DNA of 64,000 bases from Octopus vulgaris. Taxonomy: Eukaryota. The position numbers and the translations under genes are program-made. Position 1 is the first letter of the stretch, and the number at the start of each line of letters is the position of its first letter. Under the pieces are notes generated by a model. That model was not told where the DNA came from and did not search any database. It saw only the letters and a list, made by a program, of their open reading frames with translations. The DNA lies in assembly GCA_951406725.2 (NCBI GenBank), contig OX597819.1:108810001-108874000 (forward strand), written 5' to 3'. Shown here one piece after another: positions 27,579-39,434 of the stretch.

Positions 27579-27888
27579 ATGGTTACCAAATAATTGTCAC
27601 ATTTTACATTTACATATATATATTAAAGATAAAAAGAGAAGATGTAATGTACCAACAAAAAAATTTATATTACCTCAAGAATTGTTTCATCTTCAAGATG
27701 CACCACTCCCTTGTTGGTGTGGAAAAATGCAATAACACCAGATGCAACTCACAATGCATAGAAGACTCCTCAGGTGGGACAATAAGATGTTAAGCTGGGA
27801 GATTTACATTTGAGTTTCACTGTATCGAGAAATTTTAACAGTTAGACAGATGTGAATATACATACATTTAAATACATCCTCTCACACC

Positions 27889-27940
27889 ATCTCCGATGAA
27901 GGGATATAATTAATAAATATCCTGGAAACAGCAGTAAGAC
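27889..27940 (+). ncRNA. Hammerhead ribozyme motif (decayed, CCGATGA core)
   Basis: ATCT CCGATGA AGGGATAT..ATATCCTG GAAAC AGCA GTA AGAC. It lies downstream of a short GVEKCNNTRC PLE-like coding remnant. Confidence 0.6.
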
Positions 27941-28499
27941 CTTCTATCTATAAATGTTCTAATATCAGGCCAGTGAACGTTGAAAGCACATCCACTGTGT
28001 ACCCCTCAGTTGTTGGACAATAGACTTTGCTTGCGAAGACCTACTGAGGCAAGTTAAATCAAATCAAAATTGCTGACGTTGCCAATGACAGTACCACCTG
28101 ATTGGCACTCGTGCCAGTAGAACATTAAAAACACATCTGAGCGTGATCTTTGTCAGGGCCTCAGATTGGCTCCCGTGCCAGTGGCATGTAAAAAGCACTA
28201 TTCGAGCACGATCGCTGTGTACAGAGAGAGAGAGAGAGGAAGGAAATAAAAGAAGTTGAAAATGCACTGAGAGTGTATAAGAGGATTTCTATTTATTAAT
28301 ATCAATACACTTAACCAGTTTCACATTTTTGTGATTTTCAATAGTGTAAGATTTGAGGGATATGGAGCTGCGTCTCACACTGTATTATTTTTCAAATTAT
28401 GCATTTGCGACCCAGGTCCATGTCTCTCAAATTTTACACTTTTGAAAATTATATAAAGGTGACATTGATTAATAGAATTACTGTTAATGTTAATTAGCC

Positions 28500-28712
28500 T
28501 TAGGGCAGCAAGATGGTAGAATTGTTAGCATATCAGGCAAAATACTGAGCAGCAATTTGTATCTACACTCTGAGTCCAAATTCTGCCAAGGTTGACTTAG
28601 CCTTTCATCCTTTCAGGGTCAGTAAAATAATACCATTTGAGTCCTAGGATTGATGTAATCTACTTACCTCAGACCCCCCAAAACTGGTCTTGTACCAAAA
28701 TTTGAAACCAAT
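28500..28712 (+). mobile_element. SINE family A copy
   Basis: GCCTTTCATCCTTTCAGGGTC core and CAAAATTTGAAACCAATATT tail. Confidence 0.75.
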
Positions 28713-28798
28713 ATTAATTAGTCTTCTTATACATTCTTAGTTCACTTTCATCTTCTTTTATTTCTTCTATACTACAACTTGTATGGCTTATTAACTAT

Positions 28799-28845
<47 letters not shown>

Positions 28846-28859
28846 TATATATATATCAG

Positions 28860-29200
28860 TATCAGTTCCTCCTGTGTTCTCAAGCACATTAGGTAGCAAG
28901 TTGATGGCACTGGTTTCTGTTGGTTGTAGTTTTTTCTACATCTGTTCATCTGATATCGTTTTCTCTCTTTCTGTTTTTCATTGGGTGGTGACCATTTGAA
29001 AGCTATTTTAGACTGGCATTGTTTTGGTAATTGAAGTACAAGACCTCCTAGTTTCGATCTTCATTCTATGAGGATTTCACTCAGTGTCTTGAGTTGGATT
29101 TCTTTAAAACATCTTTGTTGGTTATGTGGTATCGCCAGTACATTCTTAGAATCATTCTCAAACACCTAGCTTTCTGTCAATTTTTCATAGTGCTCTTCTA
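28860..29200 (-). mobile_element. RTE-like LINE 3' fragment (decayed)
   Basis: The minus strand gives RCLRMILRMYWR-like and KWSP..K.K segments of RTE-type C-termini. Confidence 0.55.
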
Positions 29201-29299
29201 CACACAATCCGAAGCACATGGAAGTATACAATATCATCCATCAAAACATACCCCTCCTTATGAACGACCTGTCAGTAAAAAAAGCAATGGAAACATAGA

Positions 29300-29790
29300 A
29301 TTATTAAAAGTAAAAGACAACTGTGAACCCTAAATAGGATACTTACCAGTGCTAAATTACCCACCAAAAATACAACCCCACTAGTCAAAAAATGCAAGTG
29401 CCCTAACTGCAGGACTTGCATCTACTTCTTAGAGGGCTCAGCACATAAATTTAAGTCAGGTCAAACTTTTTCCATTAAAAAATCACTTCACCTGTGCATT
29501 AAAGAACTTAATCTATGTCCTCAAATGTGGTGGGTGTGATGGAAACTACAAAAGTCAAACTAGTTTGACCTTGAGGGATAGACTGGCAGTATGCAAGCAA
29601 CAAATCTGGGACCCCACGACTAGGAAGATTCCCATAAGCAAACACCTAGATAAATGTCCCACAGACATATACCCAAAATACCAAATCTTCCCTCTCTATC
29701 AATTCACCAGAAATATTTCAACCCAATTCTGATTGAATAAGGACAGCATGTTCATTAAAAAATATAAACCGCAACTTAATATCCTTTAAT
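29300..29790 (+). mobile_element. Penelope-like element GIY-YIG endonuclease remnant
   Basis: KKCKCPNCRTC, then after a frameshift HFTCALKNLIYVLKCGGCDGNYKSQT.LTLRDRL..KQQI..P.SKHLDKC and FIKKYKPQLN. This matches the Cys-rich linker plus GIY-YIG layout of Neptune-type PLEs. Confidence 0.8.
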
Positions 29791-30765
29791 AACACACTAG
29801 AAAGAAGAAAATATTCAATTTTCCCAATTACTTTTTTGTGGGAAATCGAACAATGATTTCCCACAAAAAAGTAACAACAAGATAAACAAAAGTTTATCAG
29901 GAACCAATGCAAATAATTAGAAAATGGAGAAAAGCATTGATTAACCAGCACATCGATAGAACTACATTTTAAAGCATATATAAACACATGACAGGTTTCT
30001 TATAGTTTAGTCTCCTAAATCCACTCACAAACCTTTGGCCAACTTGGGGCTGTCATCGAAGTCACTTGCCCAAAGTGCCATGTAGTAGGACTGTGCCTGA
30101 AACTATGCAGCTAGGAAACAAACATTTTGCCACTCAGTAGCCATGATGTTTGTTATTTATTTATTATTTCTTTCATCTCTTATTTACTAATTTCATTCTA
30201 CTATTTTTGATAATTTTTTTTCTTTCTTCACTCCATTATGTTCGTTTACTGGTATGATTTCTGCCATCTACTTTTAAATTTGTTTTATGACATTTGGACT
30301 TATTTATCAGGTTCCTATCACAAACAAAAATAAAATTATTTTCATTGTAATTTCAACAACAAATATAAACAGCTACCTAAACACTACCATCTTTTAATGG
30401 ATCTTTCCTTCTGGTTTCCTTGTTATAAAATTCATTGAGCATTCAAACTTCCATCATTTCCTATTGCTGTGAAACTTACTGAATACTTGAATTTTCAGCA
30501 TGTAATTTTGCTAGGAAACCTATTGAAGATTAATTGTTGAACATGTTTTCATTTCTGCAGAACCTCCCTTTCCTGAGCGAGCATTCTGTTTTTTTTCTTC
30601 TTACTATTATCATCTTGTTCTTTTTAATTTTCATTTTTTATTTACCATTTAAAAAACTAACAAAATAAAATGTTAAAAGTGATATGGTATTTTCATAAAT
30701 TTTTTAAAAATTACTTCTTTTAAGAGCCAGGTGCATTTTCAACCCCCAAACCAATTCTTCTATAT

Positions 30766-31028
30766 AGGCGGTGCTCCAGCACAGCCGCATTCAAATGACT
30801 GAAACAAATAAAAGAATAAAAGAATATATATATGTAAGTACACACACTCATGCACACACACACACTAATCATCATCATCATCATCATCATCGTAGAACGG
30901 ACGTTAAACGATGATGATGATGATGATGATTAGTGTGTGTGCATGAGTGTGTGTACTTACATATATATATTCTTTTATTCTTTTATTTGTTTCAGTCATT
31001 TGAATGCGGCTGTGCTGGAGCACTGCCT
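30766..31028. repeat. Near-perfect inverted duplication (arms ~120 bp, 14-bp spacer)
   Basis: 30766-30893 is the reverse complement of 30908-31028, including the microsatellite parts. Confidence 0.92.
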
Positions 31029-31340
31029 TTAGTTGAACAAATTGGCACCAAGACTAAACCTAGTACTTATTCTATTGATATCTTCTGCTGAACCACTAAG
31101 TTACAGGGACGTAAACATACCAACATCAGTTATCAGGCGATGGTGGGGGTAACAAACACACACACACACACACATATATACTATGGTCTTCTTCAGTTTC
31201 CATCTACCAAATCCACTCACAAGGCTTTGGTTGGCCCAAGGCTATAATAGAAGACACTTGCCCAAGGTGCCATGCAGTGGGACTGAACTTGGAACCATGT
31301 GGTTGGTAAGCAAGCTTCTAATTACACAGGCATGCCTGTG

Positions 31341-31342
<2 letters not shown>
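30970..31342 (-). mobile_element. SINE family B, full length
   Basis: Head at 31342, internal (CA)n, and a 3' tail with the GGTGCTCCAGCA...GACTGAAACAAATAAAAG stem-loop. Confidence 0.85.
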
Positions 31343-31388
<46 letters not shown>

Positions 31389-31393
31389 TATAT

Positions 31394-31444
<51 letters not shown>

Positions 31445-31451
31445 TTCATAT

Positions 31452-31513
<62 letters not shown>

Positions 31514-31544
31514 ATATATATATATTTACAACTTGTTTTACAAA

Positions 31545-33435
31545 GACTAATTAATCTTCATGGGAGTGATGTGATGGTCTACATTTATTCAAACTTTTCA
31601 ACAGTTTCTTGTGATGATTTGAATAAATTACAACAGGTATTTTTCTGTGATATATGTATGAGCAAGTCAACACTTCTATTTGAGTCATTTACCATCCTCC
31701 AAAATTACCATCAAAACACACAGCTTTTAGACATCATCAGAGCTGCATCCATGAAAACAGCCCTCTTTGCAATCCCCACACAGGCTGGATTACTGATGAT
31801 CCCAAAGAACGCGCTGAACTCATTGCTAATGCTATGCTGGCATTTTTACTGTCGAAAATCCCAATGTATCACCTTCACCACCTCTGACATCAATTTCTAT
31901 AACAACTGTGGAATTTACACCTGCAATGTTGCAATGCCATCTCAATAATAAGTACAACTATGCCTCTTCTGGTCTTAATGGTGATGACTCTCAAATGTGA
32001 CAGGCTCTTTCTTCTACACCAGCCTTCATTCTTCCAATTCTGGAATGACTGTGTTACTCCAGGGCAGTAGAAAATTGCTAACATCATTCCCCTATTCAAA
32101 AAGGGTGTCACATGTCAACTGTCAATTACTGTCTAGTCCAGTCAGTCTTGCTGCATTGCCAAAATGATGGCTTCCAGTATTAGAGAAACACTTTGGAACT
32201 TGTTGGAACTCTCACAGCCTTATTGCATCCTCAGAATTTGGATATATCTCTAACTTCAGCTGTTATGGTCAACTTATTGAGTTTTTTGAAGACATCACCT
32301 GAATCACTGACTTTAATTGTGCACCACACAAACGACTTACGGCAAAATTCTTTGAAATGGTTGCGAGAAATTACCTTTATAACTGGTTGAAGTCCTTCAT
32401 TCTAAGTTTAAAAGAGTTAGTCATGATTCTAGGAGAACGTTCTGCACCATATGAGATGACATCTGGTGTACCACAGGAATCTGTTCTTCAACCTCTGTTG
32501 TTTGTTATGTATATTAAGGATATAGATGTCAGTTTTAAGGTAGCTATAATGTTGAAATAAACTGATGACATCAAGCTGTACCTTGAGATAAAAAGAACAA
32601 ATCCTATACACTATAGATATTTCCTGTAATCAGATTTAGACACAATGCAGCAATGGATTAATGACAAGAAAACTCAAGCTGGCTGTTGACAAGTGCACTA
32701 CCATACATTTTGGGAGGAAAAATCCAGTTTTCACATACTCCCACCACAACACCAGTCTTGATAACTAGTGAACGTGATCTGGGCATTATTGTCAACAGCA
32801 ATTTACATTGGACAAACCATATTTCTAAAATTGTCAAGAAGCCTATGAATGTCTTAGCATCACTCAGTAAGACCTTTGTCAGTTGCTTTCCAGCTAGCTA
32901 TTTAAAGCAGTATATGGCTGTGGTATATCCGCACTTTATCTTACTCAGAATATCAATCTGTTCAGAAACACGCCAGATGAATACCCAACACGCATCTATC
33001 ACACTCTAAACATCTTGCTTCCCAATGCATGGACACATTAAAGCTCCAACATCTAGCATCTATGCACTTCAAGCAATAATCTTGGCATGTGTCAAACTCA
33101 CATGGACATCCTTACAAAATCAGAAACCAGCACAGCACCCATGACTTTTATTCATTCTCAGAAGTGCTGAAGCATGGAATAAATTACCTGCATCAGTTAA
33201 TAGCTGTCGGGACACTACATACTTCAAAACTTCTATGCTTCTTGAAATTCTCCAACACTACATCTAATCCTCCCTTTTTTAATGACTCATTCATTGTTAA
33301 CTTTTCCTGTCTTTTTGTGCATTACTCTATGCACTTCAAGGTAGCCTAAAGCACATGCACTTTTTTGGCTACTTTTTCTAATGAGCTATAGTGCAACTGA
33401 GCACTGTGTACAATAAATTCATTATTATCATTGTT
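31545..33435 (+). mobile_element. CR1/L2-group LINE, 5'-truncated and heavily decayed
   Basis: RT motifs SGVPQESVLQPLLFVMYI, (A)DDIKLY and SERDLGIIV; C-terminal HG.YK..KQH..HDF; tail GTGCA.CTGAGCACTGT.TACAAT(ATT)n shared with 57712-58050. Confidence 0.85.
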
Positions 33436-33456
33436 ATTATTATAAGTATATTATAA

Positions 33457-33670
33457 GTAAGCTGGCAAAATTATTAGCATGCTGGACAAAATGCTTAGTG
33501 GTATTTCGCCCTGTTGCTACATTCTGTGTTCAAATTCCACCAAAGGTGACTTTACCTTTCATCTTTCTGGGTTGATAAATTAAGTACGAGTGAAACACTG
33601 GGGTCGATGTAATTGACTGGTCCCCTACCTCACATTTCAGGCCTTGTACCTGTAGAAGAAAGGATTATTA
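33457..33670 (+). mobile_element. SINE family A copy
   Basis: GCTGGCAAAATTATTAGCATGCTGGACAAAATGCTTAGTGGTATTTCG head, central core and GGATTATTATT tail. Confidence 0.8.
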
Positions 33671-34050
33671 TTTGTATATATGACATAGTCTAAAAATGTA
33701 TTGAAAAAATCTATTTTAAACTTCAATAAGCTGAACAACAAGAAAAACTGATCCAAGTCAGTAAAATAAGATTTTCTTCTATAGCAACCTTTTTTTTGGC
33801 TGCAACATACACAAAAATTTATTCAGAAATCTGTTTTTTCCTTATACAAAAAAACGATTACTGAATAAATTTAGTGCATGTTGTAGCCAAGAAAAAAATA
33901 ATAATAATATAAATAAATAAATAAATAAATAAGAAAGGAAAAATGGAACAGTTCCTTTTTGCACAAAAACTTTTCAATAATGTGTGATTTTCTCTCTCTT
34001 TTCTTGTGAGTGTAAAACTCACCTTGTGAAAACATAAACAAATATTTTTA

Positions 34051-34265
34051 TATTATTTACATTTGACAGATATTTGTCCTCATCTTGTTTGTTGTTAACA
34101 CAATGTTTCAGCTGATATACCCTCCAGCCTTCATTAGGGCATATGGCATAGTGGTTAAGAGCGTGGGCTACTAACCCCAAGATTCCAAGTTCGATTCCAG
34201 GCAGTGACCTGAATAATAATAATAATAATAATAATAACAATAATAATAATATTAATAATAATAAT
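34051..34265 (+). mobile_element. 5' half of a tRNA-headed, hammerhead-tailed element (inverted tail copy, tRNA head, (AAT)n)
   Basis: 34051-34137 is the reverse complement of the tail at 39238-39325. The head at 34137-34211 has A-box TGGCATAGTGG and B-box GTTCGATTCC. Same layout as 59821-60109. Confidence 0.85.
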
Positions 34266-35341
34266 ATGACCCAGTTTAGCAACGGGGAAAAATAACTCTC
34301 AAAGACTGGAACATCTACAATATCTTGTGAGTATTTAAAATTCTCTTCAAAATAAGTTAAGAAATTTACAAATTTACATATCTACAGTTTTCAAACATAC
34401 ATCCGATCAGCTTTAAAAACTTTAATACCCACAACTGCCTCTGTAAACATCCTTTTTCTTTTTCTTCTCTCTAAAAACATCATGCTTTTCTTTTTGTGGA
34501 CTTACAAAACCTTAAAACTTTCTATGAAAATCTGACTTTTCTTTGCTTCCTCCCTGAATATTCAAATATAAATGTAAACATATACTTTTTATTGCAACAA
34601 CACACCTGTTCTTCTAACTGGACATACAAACATCTCTAGAAAAGTCAACTTCAACCTCCACAATATTACCTTACAGGAAATATACAAACACTTTTTATTG
34701 CAATAACACAAATGCACATGGAAAAAAATAATGATGCTAAGATTCTCTCTGGTGAACACAACTTCTCTATTCACAAACAATACAGAACAGCCCTTCCTTA
34801 ATTTTTCTTAAGGCTAGTAGTAGCAGACATTTGAACTTTTTTTGACTGATAGGACCCCACCTAAAAATAAAAAAATAAATTAAAAAAAGGAAAATAAAAA
34901 TAAATAAATATCACTGATGGTGATGATGATAGTAATGATAGTAATAATGCTGATAATCTATCTATCTACACACACACTCACAGAGTTCAGCCAACACAAA
35001 CCTTCTTTAGATGTTAACCAAATATGAAAGTATTATTTGACAGGCAAGAATTCTGGCTTTGAAGACAGTCAGCCAGCCAACCACCCAGCCAGCCAACGAG
35101 ACAGACAGACACTACTGTGTTGGTGATAATGATAAAAACAAACATAACAATAATAAGATACTGCTGTGACTACACATAAAACAATATCATTGATGATGAT
35201 GATGGTGATGGTGATGATGGTAACAATAATAAGCCAACTACGGCTGCTATAATGGTAGGATTATAATTGTAACGGTAATGATGGCCGTCTCCCCACGAAC
35301 CAATCAAAGCTCAAAAATGATAACATTATCGTAGCACCAAA

Positions 35342-38300
35342 ATGTTTTTGGAGACTAAAAGGAAAACTAAATCAGTATACCAAATTGCTTATCCTATGGT
35401 TAATCTGGAAGCACGTCCCCCAGGGAAGAGCCAGCCTGGGATCGAAAAGTCATCAACTGGCACAAACTCTTCTCCGAATACGGACATGGATGGTCACTTG
35501 AATGGGAAATTCCCCAACTCGAGCCCTCCAAGTTCACCACCACAACCACCACAGAAAGAAAAATGTAAGCGGAACAAATGGACCCAAGAAAAGCATAAAG
35601 AAGTAATATACACTTATTACTATGCATTAGGTAGGCCATCTCAAGAGAGACACACCGCAAACTCTTACAGTATATGGAGAACACAGAATCAAGACAGTAG
35701 GCCCTATTTGGACGATAACAAATTGGCAAATGTGAGGAGGGATATCCTTAGAAATAACAGACTCACAGACAGTGAAATAAGCGCGATCAAGCACGCAATG
35801 GAAAATGACATAAATATAAGACACAAAGGAAATGAAGAATCAGATGAACAGTATAGCCCGCCACGAGGCTTAATTGAAAGACTGCCATCTGACCAAAGTA
35901 CGCAAAGGCCTGAAGATACAAGAAATTCTATTGAACCTGTTAAAGATAGCCAGGAAAATGATAAAACAACAGTAACTGAAGATCTCGCATTTGCTGAAGA
36001 ACACAGAGAGTCTATGGCAGAAATGAGGCAGAAAATCCTGAATATGCTTGAAGTTGTAAGACATACAAGTATGAATGATAGCGAACCACTTCATAAACTC
36101 TCAAATACAAACCAAAATAAAAAACAAATCCAAATTGGCAACTATGTAACAAATGAAATAATACAAGAATTAAAACCTGATTTTACTGAGTTAAATGAAA
36201 TTATTTACGCTTCTGCTAGGGCAATTGAAACCAGCTGTATGCCCCCAAAAAACAAAGAAAACCAAACCTGGGAAGAAATCAAACCTGAAGAAGTAAAATT
36301 GAAAAAGAGATTGAATTTATGAGAGGGGAAATATCAATATTAAATGAACTAATATGTGGAAATGATGTAAGATCCAGAACAGGAAGAAAGATGAAGAGAA
36401 AATTTGGATCCTCACCAAGAGAAGAACTGATATCAATAAAAGAAATGCTGAAACAAAAAGTCCAAGCAAAAGCCCAAAGAATACGAAGATTTGAGAAGAG
36501 AAACAAGTTTTACAGGCAAAATAAGCTGTTCACATCCAATGCCAAAAAATTCTACAGAGAAATAGGGAAGGAGAAAGTAACCATTAAAGACCCCCCTCCC
36601 ATGGAAGAAGTTCAAAACTTTTGGAAAAGGATTTGGAGTGACAAGAAGACGTACAACACAAATGCAGACTGGATTATACAAACTGAAGGATCCTACCAAA
36701 ATTTACAACAACAAGCATGGGAAGACATCACAATAGCAGACCTAAGAAAGGCACTCACGAAGGCCCATAATTGGAAATCCCCCGGTAAAGATAGGGTGCT
36801 GAATTTCTGGCTCGCATTGCTCCCATGCGCACACAGTAAGCTAGTTCAGCTGCTCAATGGAATTATGAGAGACCCAAAGAAAACACCTGAATGGTTAGCA
36901 AGTGGTATTACTTACCTACGCCCAAAGAATAACGAAACCAACCTTCCAAAAAACTATCGGCCTATAACCTGTCTATCCACCATGTGTAAAATCCTAACAT
37001 CTATCCTGGCGGAGAAAACATATGCATTCATGGAGAAGAACGATATTTTCCCCATTGAACAAAAAGGGTGCCGCCAAGGCTCATACGGATGCAAAGATCA
37101 ACTGCTAATTAATCGTATGATCCTTGAGAACTGTCACAACAAGCGCAGAAATCTCAGCTCCGCATGGATTGACTATAAAAAGGCCTTCGACAGTATACCA
37201 CATTCATGGATCTTGATTTCAAGCTTCCTGAAGCACAATATGTCGTTGTGGAATACGAATCTCCAATTATACCACTCTAATGGAGTACTTGCCTCAGAAA
37301 ATATAAACATCAACTGTGGAATTTTTCAAGGTGACTCACTTTCACCTTTAATATTCTGCATAGCCCTAATACCCCTTACAAGTGAATTAAACAGAACAGG
37401 GTATGGGTATAAAATTGCCAATAAAAAAATAAGCCATCTATTTTATATGGATGACTTAAAACTCTATGGTAAAGACGATAATGAACTTGAAGGCCTATTG
37501 CACACTGTGAAAGCATTCAGCGATGACATCGGGATGGAGTTTGGGCTTGAGAAGTGTGCCAAGGCCACTTTCCACAAAGGGAAAGTGAAGACCACAAATT
37601 CAGTCGTGTTAGATGTTAACACAGTCATAAGAGAGCTTGAGCAAGAACACACAAATATTTAGGGATAAATGAAGGCTCTGGTATTCAGCATGCAAGCATG
37701 AAAGAGAAGATCAGGAAGGAATGTTACAGGAGAGTTCGTGCAGTCCTGAAATCTGAACTAAATGCACGTAACAAGGTGTTAGCTATAAATTCCTTAGCAG
37801 TTCCAGTTGTTACTTATAGCTACAATGTGTTGAACTGGAATATGAGTGAAGTAAAGAATATAGATAGGAAAATACGCAAGCTGCTGAGTTGTAATAGGAT
37901 GCACCACCCAAAGGCAGACGTAGATCGCCTTTACCTTCCCAGAGCCCAAGGAGGTCAAGGCCTGATTCAATTTGAACTAGCTCACAAAACAACCACAATT
38001 GGACTGGCCAAATATCTTGAAATAACGAATGACTGGATGCTAAAGCTTGTGGAAAATCACGAGAGACGAAAGAAGCTTCATTCTATCATAAAGGAAAGCA
38101 AAAAATTTGCTATTGATCTCGTGCAGGATACCCAAACTGAACAACCCGAGGGAAGTACGGCAACTATTGTTGCAAAGAAGGTGAAAATAATGGCAACGAA
38201 AAAAGCGCACGAGCAATTGGCTGATAGGTGGGAGGAGAAACCTCTGCACGGCAAATATGTGGCCCGCAGCAAACAAACTGATGTTGACCAGAAGCAAACC

Positions 38301-39165
38301 CATCAGTGGCTACGGAGCTCAGGGCTAAAAGCAGAGAGCAAAGGTTTCATCCCGGCTGCTCGAGATCAAAGCCTATTAACCCGGAACTACCAGGCCAATG
38401 TGATGAAAAATGGAGCAGACCCAAAATACCGATTCTGCAACGACATGATTGAAACAGTGGACTACCTAATCTCTGGATGTAAAGTCTTAGCACCAGTGGA
38501 GTATAAATTAAGACATGACAGAGTTGGCCAATATCTACACTGCCTAATAAGTCGGCATTACAATATCAAAACTGCCGACAAGTGGTATAATCACCACCCT
38601 GAAGCTGTAACTGAAGGAGAAAATGTAACGATTCTGTGGGACTTTCCAGTACATACAGACCGAACCATCAAAGCCAATAAACCAGATATTGTTGTGAAAG
38701 ACCAAAACAATAATGTTTGCTTATTGATCGACATGAGCATCCCCTGTGATCATAATATCTCGGCGAAAGAGTTTGACAAGCTCAGAAAATATAAAGACCT
38801 GCTCATTGAAATTGAGAAAATGTGACATCTCAAGGCGGTTACAATACCAGTGATTGTAGGAGCACTAGGAATGATCAAGAAGGGAACCGAAAATTATATG
38901 AGAATGATCCCTGGCTTACCATACCTGCAAAAAGTGCAAAAGATTGTCTTAACTGGTACATCACACGTATTGAGAAGAGCATTGTCGATGTGAGAACTAT
39001 TACTACCCATGTATTTTAATTTAACTTTAAAAAAAAAAAAAAAATGAACGAACTATTGAGTTTAGTTTAATGGCCTACCAATGTATACTATGAGTTTCTT
39101 TGCCCTAGGAGTCGGGAAGACACTCGGCAAGAAATGGAAGCAAATTTGAAAGAAGAAAAAAATAA
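35342..39165 (+). mobile_element. R4/Dong-clade non-LTR retrotransposon (RT plus restriction-like endonuclease), near full length, inactivated
   Basis: Three consecutive ORF segments: N-terminal W...Y.Y domain; RT (NYRPITCL, DYKKAFDS, GIFQGDSLSP, YMDD); degenerate CCHC, RHD and KPDIVV..LIDMSIP RLE motifs. Frameshifts at ~36300 and ~37660, in-frame TGA at 38823, native stop at 38991-38993, then an (AAT)n tail. The 5' boundary is uncertain and may extend to ~34266. Confidence 0.93.
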
Positions 39166-39357
39166 TAATAATAATAATAATAATATTGAAAATTACCTTA
39201 GGAATGAGAACCCAGGTTTGAAATTTCCCTAAGATACCTGATGAAGGTGGGAGGGTATATCAGCTGAAATGTTGTGTTAACAACAAACAAGATGAAGACA
39301 AATATCCGTAAAATGTAAACAATGTACATAATTCCTCACCTCTTAAATATAGAACTG
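39163..39357 (+). mobile_element. 3' half (hammerhead tail) of the split tRNA-headed element
   Basis: (AAT)n-ATTGAAAA.TACCTTAGGAATGA.AACC.AGGTTTGAAATTTCCC.AAGA.ACCTGATGAAGG matches 60041-60105. AAATATTTTTA is repeated at 34040 and 39358 as a TSD for the whole composite. Confidence 0.85.
39233..39278 (+). ncRNA. Minimal type I hammerhead ribozyme (decayed copy)
   Basis: GATAC CTGATGA AGGTG..CAGCT GAAAT GTT GTGTT. Combining the three copies and reverting apparent CpG decay gives GACAC-CTGATGA-AGGCTG/CAGCC-GAAAC-GTT-GTGTT (inferred consensus). Confidence 0.75.
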
Positions 39358-39434
39358 AAATATTTTTACAGTAAAACTATTTCATGAAAGCATTTATGTG
39401 AAAACACATTTTTGTACCTTTACTTTCGTATTTA

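Noticed and set aside
34137-34211. Apparent tRNA gene (also 59898-59971)
   Set aside because: The acceptor and T stems pair poorly, there is no oligo-T terminator, and it is fused to (AAT)n and a repeat tail, so it is treated as a SINE head.
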